Shown piece by piece: positions 6,450 to 12,407 of a stretch of 21,247 nt of DNA (positions are counted from its first letter, which is position 1; the number at the start of each line of letters is the position of its first letter). Made by a program: the position numbers and the translations under genes. Origin of the DNA: a virus; the IMG/VR virus record IMGVR_UViG_3300012148_000001. One strand, 5' to 3'. The notes beneath the pieces are model-generated. The model was not told the DNA's origin. It saw only the letters and a program-made list of their open reading frames with translations, and made no database searches.

Positions 6450-7301
6450 ATGACAAACGAAAAATCTTACCCGGGCTTTTTAGCCCAAGCATGGAGCGGT
6501 AAAATCAACACAGGACTTGACGCAAGCTGCGTTATGCTCCAGTGCGTAAACCGCGATTACCAGGCGGACGCCGACAAAGGCGTCGAAGCCATAAACATCA
6601 TCGCCCCGAAAAAGGTCAAGGCGTCAAACTATGCAGGCACAATCAGCAGTTACGAGACGGTCGACACCGAAGGGCAGAAGTTAAAGCTCGACCAGAGCGT
6701 GTATTTCGGCTTTCAAGTGCCCGACATCGAGGAAGCGCAGTCAAACACAAGCATCATAGACACCCTGACCGCGCAGGCGAAAAAATCCATCGAAGAATCA
6801 ATCGACGCCTACCTTTTCGGCCACTACACAGAGGCCGCAGCCGCCAATGTCACAGGCAGCGCGGAAGACCCTGTTTTGCTTGACAGCGCAAGCGTTTACG
6901 CCAAATTTGTCGCGCTTGCCAAAAAGTTAAAACTCTCGGGCGCTATGACCTCGAGCGATAAGGGATGGGTAGTCGTTCACCCTGACGTAGAGGAGCTTTT
7001 GCTGCTTTCCGACGAATTCAGCGCGCCGTCCGCCACGGGCGACAATACCCTCTCTACAGGCTCTATAGGCAGGATTGCAGGCCTTGACGTCTTTGTCAGC
7101 AGCAATGTGGGCAAGGTTTCGGACAAATACGTAGTGCTTGCGGGTACGCAAAGGGCTATCACGTATGCGTCACAGCTTACGAAGATAGAGACAATCCGCT
7201 CGCAGTCGTCGTTTAACTCGATTGTCCGCGGCCTTTATACCTTCGGTGCGCTGACCATGAACCCCGAGGCAATGGCCGTCATGACTTGTAGAACCGCGTA
7301 A
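6450..7301 (+). CDS. Major capsid protein (HK97-fold-like, 283 aa)
   Basis: Start MTNEKSYPGF follows TTAGAAAGGAAAATAAACAAA. The protein is A/S/T/G-rich, and its C-terminal region (ITYASQLTKIETIRSQSSFNSIVRGLYTFGALTMNPEAMAVM) is typical of the Phage_capsid family. The upstream 306 nt of the track ORF is repeat mosaic. Confidence 0.7.
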   Translation: MTNEKSYPGFLAQAWSGKINTGLDASCVMLQCVNRDYQADADKGVEAINIIAPKKVKASNYAGTISSYETVDTEGQKLKLDQSVYFGFQVPDIEEAQSNTSIIDTLTAQAKKSIEESIDAYLFGHYTEAAAANVTGSAEDPVLLDSASVYAKFVALAKKLKLSGAMTSSDKGWVVVHPDVEELLLLSDEFSAPSATGDNTLSTGSIGRIAGLDVFVSSNVGKVSDKYVVLAGTQRAITYASQLTKIETIRSQSSFNSIVRGLYTFGALTMNPEAMAVMTCRTA

Positions 7302-7330
7302 GCCGGTGCTAGAGTGACGGCGCTGTGAGC

Positions 7331-7406
7331 GGAATCGAAGGGAGCTGATGCAAAGCAAAGCTCCTGAGCGAGGGAAATGTTGAATTTTCCGAGCGCTTCG
7401 TATTCC
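7331..7406 (-). repeat. 76-nt element, copy 3 (inverted)
   Basis: Its reverse complement differs from copy 2 by one base. Confidence 0.95.
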
Positions 7407-7716
7407 AAGACAGGCGGTGCCACGCAGCACTACGATAGCGACAGCTCTTCTTGTTTTCGAGGGTGAAACCCGAGAATTACAAGGGAGGGTACCCGGACGG
7501 GTGCGTAGGATGTTGAGACGGCAGTCGAAACACCCACAGGAGCTGACATCCGTTTAGGGCAGGGGTGAGCCTGAACGGCTGCGTCGTCGCAAGCGACACC
7601 CTCCCTTGTACGGCTCCTATGTCGCCTACAAGAAGAGCTGCAGCAGGCGTAAAGGGTGAACTCATTGATGGCCGCCGTTACGACCGCAGGGAGTAGGGAC
7701 CCCACGCGGCCAAGGA

Positions 7717-7890
7717 GTAGGCGACATAGGAGCCGTACTTACGATAAACAAGAAATCTGTGATTTCGTAGTTTAACGGATGCAATCTGCCGAAAGCCTTT
7801 GAGTAAAGCGAATTAGGCTTACGCGCATATTTGCCTTTGTAGCTGCTTTAGCGGCGTAGCGAAGGGGGTAATCTTTGATTTGCCAGGCGG
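7717..7890 (+). repeat. ~174-nt repeat, copy A (candidate structured RNA)
   Basis: About 95% identical to 20246-20418 by eye. Confidence 0.9.
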
Positions 7891-7942
7891 ACTGCGTAAG
7901 CCGGTGCGTCAGCGGAATCGAAGAGAAACCAAAACCTCTTGC

Positions 7943-7972
7943 TTGCACATTTCCCGCGTCATGCGCTATAAT
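7943..7972 (+). promoter_or_regulatory. Sigma70-type promoter, TTGCAC-18 nt-TATAAT
   Basis: Read directly; it lies about 130 nt upstream of the 8102 micro-ORF. Confidence 0.55.
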
Positions 7973-8101
7973 ACAGCAGACAAGTACAGCTTACCTGTCT
8001 GACGAGAACAACAAAACTGAATAATACGGGCCACCCGCAATCCTCGCACCTTCAGCACAACATTTTTGGATGTTAGTCAGCTGAAAGGAGGTGAGAAACA
8101 C

Positions 8102-8170
8102 ATGATGATTACTGAAAAAGCGCTATTGCTTATCATTTTGATAATCATAGCGCTTAAATTTTCACATTAG
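8102..8170 (+). CDS. Hydrophobic micro-peptide, 22 aa (MMITEKALLLIILIIIALKFSH)
   Basis: A strong SD (GAAAGGAGGTGA) lies 7 nt upstream. It is a paralogue of 5459..5533. Confidence 0.55.
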   Translation: MMITEKALLLIILIIIALKFSH

Positions 8171-8209
8171 GGTGTTAAAAGGGTTGTTAGCGCAACCCTG
8201 CCCATTTAC

Positions 8210-8237
8210 ATTATACCAAAATGCACGAAAAATACAA
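8210..8237 (-). promoter_or_regulatory. Convergent promoter, TTGTAT-16 nt-TGgTATAAT (second copy)
   Basis: It lies within the conserved element 8201-8241, and its -10 box starts about 40 nt beyond the micro-ORF stop. Confidence 0.55.
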
Positions 8238-8351
8238 GGGGCGGAGCCGTTGAGGCTTCGGACACACTACCGTCACCCATTTCCCACACTTTGTCAAGAG
8301 CTGCCCCACATTCGGGCACAAAAACAGTTTACACAATTACGGAGAAAAACT

Positions 8352-8999
8352 ATGCAAAATATAATTACAAACGCGCCCCCTGCGGCTACAGGGCAGGGGG
8401 CGGCCGATATAAACCAGGCTCAAGGGCTCGGCGCGCTGAACCCGTCGCCGCAGGCCAACCTTTCAGAGCGCGAAAAGGGCCTTATCGAATACTGCAAAAA
8501 CATCGACAATCTCGTGGATTTCGGGATTATACAACCTCAAGAAGGACAAGCGATGAAAATAAATCTGATGAAAGAACTGTCACAACAGCCCGAGGTTTCT
8601 ACGGGTAATGAGGCACAAAGCCTTGTACAGAGCGGTTTTATGCAGTTTTTGAAAGAGCAGCCGAAGTTCTTTGAAAACAGGGACAATTTGAAGCAATACC
8701 TTGAAATTGTCGGCGTAGAGCTTGATAAAGATGATTTCGCGAAGATTGCGCAGTTGGTCGAAGACCTCGAGAATGCTGCGGTGTCGCGCTTTGCGGATAA
8801 ATCGCTTCACGGAGAGGCGCTAAAGGAGTTTAACGAGCAGGCGAAAGAGCGCCTCAAGACGCTGTCATCCAGCGTCGCGGGCGGCAGACTCGAGGCTCAA
8901 AAGTACTTTACTCCGGAGGAAATCGGCAAAATGTCGCCGCAGGAGTTCAGGCGAAACGAGCATATTATTAACGAGCAGATGAAAAAAGGCCGATTTTAA
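8352..8999 (+). CDS. Scaffolding-like protein (215 aa, helical and acidic)
   Basis: The internal start MQNIITN has GGAGAAAAACT upstream. Composition is coiled-coil-like and the gene neighbours the capsid gene. The product is inference. Confidence 0.45.
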   Translation: MQNIITNAPPAATGQGAADINQAQGLGALNPSPQANLSEREKGLIEYCKNIDNLVDFGIIQPQEGQAMKINLMKELSQQPEVSTGNEAQSLVQSGFMQFLKEQPKFFENRDNLKQYLEIVGVELDKDDFAKIAQLVEDLENAAVSRFADKSLHGEALKEFNEQAKERLKTLSSSVAGGRLEAQKYFTPEEIGKMSPQEFRRNEHIINEQMKKGRF

Positions 9000-9002
9000 A
9001 AC

Positions 9003-9420
9003 GCGATAGCTAGGGGCTCGAAAGACAGCGGCGGTCAGCCGGTGGCTGCAGAGCTCATTAATGGCGAGAAGTGAGTGGAAAGTGGTGTTTACACCAACTT
9101 TCGCCGCGAACGCCGAGCCAAAAGACTGTAGGTCTTATGACCGCCGTTACGACCGCAGGGAGTGAACAAATCTTTGATTTGCCAGGCGGTGAATGCGTGA
9201 GCCAGAAGTAGGTCTTTAGGGCTTGCGTCGTCGCAAGCGACACCCTCCCTTGTAATTCTCGGGCATAGCCCTCGAAAACAAGAAGAGCTGAAGCAAGACC
9301 GTAAGACCGTACGTATTGATAGGCGACGTAAGAGTTTGCTCGCAAACTCCACAGGAGCTGAATGCGTGAGCCAGACGTAGGACTGCAGTGCAGTATGCCC
9401 GAAGCTCACAGGAGCCAAAG
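9003..9420 (-). repeat. Mosaic repeat block
   Basis: Its modules are shared with 6062-6430, 10150-10380 and 15494-15990. Confidence 0.9.
9057..9140 (-). repeat. 83-nt composite element, copy 3
   Basis: Same element, inverted. Confidence 0.9.
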
Positions 9421-9449
9421 AGGCAGTCAGGAGAAGAACTAAACCATAA

Positions 9450-9566
9450 CTACTGTTTGGCTTTTTTAGTTTTGGATTCGGCTCCTACTGATGTCAAAGA
9501 TTTGCATGCGAGTGTAACGGCTACAGCCAAGAATACCGCAGTTGCTATATGTATAGGCTCAATCAT
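9450..9566 (-). CDS. Small membrane peptide, 38 aa (MIEPIHIATAVFLAVAVTLACKSLTSVGAESKTKKAKQ)
   Basis: AAAAAGGAGCTAAA precedes the ATG. It has a single TM segment and a basic tail. It is not in the ORF track because it is under 60 aa. Confidence 0.5.
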   Translation of the reverse strand: MIEPIHIATAVFLAVAVTLACKSLTSVGAESKTKKAKQ

Positions 9567-9642
9567 TTTAGCTCCTTTTTATTGAAATGAAGATGCATAT
9601 CAAGTTTTTTGTCAGTACTGTATAAAGACCTTAGAAGTATAA

Positions 9643-9885
9643 TTATGAAGTAGCGCGACCGAGCAGAGAGTGAAAGTCGAGGCGTTGAGCCTTGACTGTA
9701 ACTCGTTTATCGCGAGGGAGAAAGAACCACCCCAGTATTACGTATAAAGTTTTAACGCTGCTGTTTTGCATAAACGACAAACCCACAACCCCGCCGACTA
9801 AAACAGTCAACACGGCCATGAGGGATTGGCGCAGGGATATCAGACTGTCGACTTTCATTTTTGTGTACTCTAATTCTTTATTCAT
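9643..9885 (-). CDS. Small 2-TM membrane protein (80 aa, holin-like topology)
   Basis: Start MNKELEYTK. TM spans are LMAVLTVLVGGVVGLSF and TLYVILGWFFL. The SD is weak. Confidence 0.45.
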   Translation of the reverse strand: MNKELEYTKMKVDSLISLRQSLMAVLTVLVGGVVGLSFMQNSSVKTLYVILGWFFLPRDKRVTVKAQRLDFHSLLGRATS

Positions 9886-9945
9886 CCTGTAATTATACAC
9901 CTTGTGCATGGGCGGGGCAACAGTCATTTAAAGTAAAAAGCGAAA

Positions 9946-9980
9946 AGATTAATTTACATAACATATATTATCAATATAGA
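9946..9980. promoter_or_regulatory. Overlapping divergent promoters
   Basis: The minus strand reads TTGATA-17 nt-TAATCT. The plus strand reads TTTACA-16 nt-TATAGA. Confidence 0.4.
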
Positions 9981-10026
9981 ACTATTCGTAAGTTTTGAAG
10001 TCTGAAAGAACAATTTGAGAGGTAAA

Positions 10027-10200
10027 ATGTTTCCAGACATTTTCAAAAATCACGTTATTTTCAATAAAATGATATATGCCATATATCAAAATATAAAGGG
10101 TAAGGTTGTGTTAACAACTCTTTCCGAAGTACCAAGAGGGCTTACGCATGGCTCCTGTGGGCTTCGGGCATACTGCCCTGCAGTCCTGCGTCGCCTATAA
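10027..10200 (+). CDS. Doubtful small ORF (57 aa) whose 3' half is repeat mosaic
   Basis: GAGAGG lies 4 nt upstream of the ATG. The C-terminal 20 codons are modules seen elsewhere. Confidence 0.25.
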   Translation: MFPDIFKNHVIFNKMIYAIYQNIKGKVVLTTLSEVPRGLTHGSCGLRAYCPAVLRRL

Positions 10201-10278
10201 GACCTGCGGTCTTTTGGCTCGGCATTCGTGGCGAAAGTTGGTGTAAACACCACTTTCCACTCACTTCTCGCCATCAAT
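10196..10278 (+). repeat. 83-nt composite element, copy 4
   Basis: Same element. Confidence 0.9.
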
Positions 10279-10410
10279 TGTTCGGCTCTCGGTCAGCCGC
10301 TGACCGCCGCTGCCCTATGAGCCTCACCCCTGGCTATCGCATGGCTCCTGTGGAGTTTGCAAGCAAACTCTTACGTCGCCATCGTAGTGCTGCGTGCCGC
10401 CGGCTGTCTT

Positions 10411-10486
10411 GGAATACGAAGCACTCGGAAAATTCAACATTTCCCTCGCTCAGGAGCTTTGCTTTGCATCAGCTCCCTTCGATTCC
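10411..10486 (+). repeat. 76-nt element, copy 4
   Basis: Near-identical to the other copies. Confidence 0.95.
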
Positions 10487-10564
10487 GCTCACCGCCGCCG
10501 TCTTTCCCCCCATTCCAACGTGACATTTAGTCACCTTGTAACGGGTCCCTGCACCGGCTTACGC

Positions 10565-10595
10565 GCAAAAAAAATGGAGTTCGAAGACTCCATTT
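10565..10595 (-). terminator. Intrinsic terminator on the minus strand
   Basis: The minus strand reads AAATGGAG-tcttcgaa-CTCCATTT followed by TTTTTTTT. Confidence 0.55.
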
Positions 10596-10710
10596 GCATA
10601 CTAGCCGAAGCATTAACAACATGACTATTGTAGCAAATTCCGCCAAAATTAAAAGGTGTTATTAAGAAACCTTAACAAAACTTCGTACAGACAACAATAC
10701 AGGACATTTT

Positions 10711-11109
10711 ATGACCCGAAAACACATCACACAACAGCAAAAACGCTTTTTGAACGAATATGCCGACACTTTAAATCTGGAAAAATCCGCGCGCGCGGCG
10801 GGATACAGGAGTACAAACGTTCTTTCCCAAGTGAGGGCAATGCTTTTAAAGCCGCCTTTTAAACAGGAATTGGAAAAGATAATCTCCGAGCGCGTTTTCT
10901 GCCTCGACATCCCGCGTTCGTACATCGTCAAAAAGTACCTTGAGCTTATAGAATACGCATCTGCGGCCGATGAGGGGGGCATGCAAGACCCTGCGCTCGC
11001 GCTTAGAGCGCTTGACGGGCTTTGCAAAAATTTTCCGAGGGAGGAAAACGCGCCTGTAGAAGATGTTTTGTCTATGAGAATCGAGGGGCTGAACCATCAA
11101 AAGATATAG
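10711..11109 (+). CDS. Terminase small subunit
   Basis: The N-terminal QQQKRFLNEYADTLNLEKSARAAGYRS matches the Terminase_2 HTH signature. Confidence 0.75.
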   Translation: MTRKHITQQQKRFLNEYADTLNLEKSARAAGYRSTNVLSQVRAMLLKPPFKQELEKIISERVFCLDIPRSYIVKKYLELIEYASAADEGGMQDPALALRALDGLCKNFPREENAPVEDVLSMRIEGLNHQKI

Positions 11110-11151
11110 AGCACGGCTCCTTTTACGGACAAAGCATGGCCGTTCAAACAA

Positions 11152-11517
11152 CTAGGCGCTGTCTCTCAGCTCTTTTTCCACCGCATCATCAATCAGGGCG
11201 TTTATGCTCTTCCCCAGCCTCGCAGCCTTTTTGGCAAGCCTGTAGTGTTTTTCGGAACTTGTACGGTAGGTTATATTGCCCTTAAAATCAGCCAAATTCA
11301 AAGGTTCGGGAATCTCAAAACCGCCCTCTAAACTCGTCAAAATGTATGCCCCGAGCGCTTCTTTGAGGTTGCTAAACGCCTCTTCCGGAGTGTCTCCGCA
11401 CGTCATGTTCTCTTCAAGTTCGTCAATGCTGCCCAAATAGCACTTGTCCGGCTCGCTCCAACTCACACGGTAGCTCCAGGGCAGCTTTAAGTAGTATTCC
11501 GTATTTTTTTCAGCCAT
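11152..11517 (-). CDS. hicB: HicB family antitoxin
   Basis: It has an RNase-H-like N-domain (YLGSIDELEENMTCGDTPEEAFSNLKEALGAYI) plus a C-terminal RHH-like segment (SSEKHYRLAKKAARLGKSINALIDDAV). The SD is GGAGGG. Confidence 0.8.
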   Translation of the reverse strand: MAEKNTEYYLKLPWSYRVSWSEPDKCYLGSIDELEENMTCGDTPEEAFSNLKEALGAYILTSLEGGFEIPEPLNLADFKGNITYRTSSEKHYRLAKKAARLGKSINALIDDAVEKELRDSA

Positions 11518-11518
11518 T

Positions 11519-11761
11519 TTAGTGTCCCTCCGCTTTTAAAGCCTTTTGTACTTTTTGAATAATGTACGGTTTGACCGGGTTTTGGGTTAATACAACCGTT
11601 ATCGAATCTCTGTTAATTTTCCTGTAAGTCAGATGTGAGCTCCCGCCTGCAGGCCCCCGGGCGCTGTAACCGAGCGTTGATAATATTTTCCGCACTTCGC
11701 TTGGTTTTATGTCAGACTTTCCGCTTAATATCTTTTGAGCTGATTTATCCGATTTACCCAT
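11519..11761 (-). CDS. hicA: HicA family toxin (mRNA interferase-like)
   Basis: The segment SEVRKILSTLGYSARGPAGGSSHLTY...ITVVLTQNPVKPYIIQKV fits the HicA fold pattern. The gene lies directly upstream of hicB. Confidence 0.65.
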   Translation of the reverse strand: MGKSDKSAQKILSGKSDIKPSEVRKILSTLGYSARGPAGGSSHLTYRKINRDSITVVLTQNPVKPYIIQKVQKALKAEGH

Positions 11762-11767
11762 ATTGTT

Positions 11768-11796
11768 ATGATATCATTTTTGCTATCATATGTCAA
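11768..11796 (-). promoter_or_regulatory. hicAB promoter, TTGACA-17 nt-TATCAT, with an ATGATA/TATCAT inverted repeat
   Basis: Read on the minus strand. The -10 box ends 6 nt before the hicA ATG, which suggests a leaderless or near-leaderless mRNA. Confidence 0.55.
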
Positions 11797-12258
11797 GTAT
11801 GTTATACGGCGTCAACGCCCTTTGAGCCGCCGCAGCAAATCGTACAAAACACCCCCCTGCGGGGAATAAATGTAGTGATTGGAGCGGCTTTAGCGAATGT
11901 AAGTGCGTTTGCTTGTATGAGTGAAGACAAAAGAGCTCGAGATATTTGCTTGGGGGCTCGCGTTAAACGGGCGCAGTACGGCAAAGCCGTCCTTATCGCC
12001 CTTCGCTCGCCTCCGCTTTTTGAATCAACAAAAAACGACGAGTTCAAACAGGGACCCCACGCTCGAGCAAGGCGTAGGCGAAGAATGAGCCGTACGCTTG
12101 TAAAATAGGCGAAGCCTATTCGTACGAAGGGGGAAAGATGAGCTTAGCTGCTCCTGAACGTAATGACCCTGACCCGCCGGTTTTTGGTTCTTTTTAGACA
12201 AAAAGAACAAGGGCTTAAAGATTGAACGATTCAAAGTCACGTTCTTTTTAAGTATTCA

Positions 12259-12392
12259 CCGCCTGTGCAATCAGAGATTGCTTCTCTCGCTGTCTCACTA
12301 ACGTTCGACGGCCGCTCGTAACGGCGGTCATCAATGAGCTCTGCAGCCACCGGCTAACCGCCGCTGTCTTTCGAGCCCCTAGCTATCGCTAT
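12259..12392 (+). repeat. Mosaic repeat block upstream of the portal gene
   Basis: Inverted partner of 2466-2612. It contains an empty site for the 76-nt element. Confidence 0.85.
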
Positions 12393-12407
12393 TAGAAAGG
12401 AAGATAA

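Larger units (their letters stand above)
7296..7930 (-). repeat. Mosaic repeat block downstream of the capsid gene
   Basis: Its modules are mostly inverted relative to 5741-6430. It contains an internal ~200-nt palindrome. Confidence 0.9.
10125..10565 (+). repeat. Mosaic repeat block bounded by GGCTTACGC at both ends
   Basis: Read directly. Confidence 0.9.

Noticed and set aside
7331-7406. Box C/D-like (CUGAUGC - 12 nt - CUGA) or hammerhead-like (CUGAUG...GAAA) motifs in the antisense reading of the 76-nt element
   Set aside because: The terminal D box is missing (CUUC). The C-like box is sequestered in the GGAGCT/AGCTCC stem. Hammerhead stem II cannot be drawn. The resemblance is probably coincidental.
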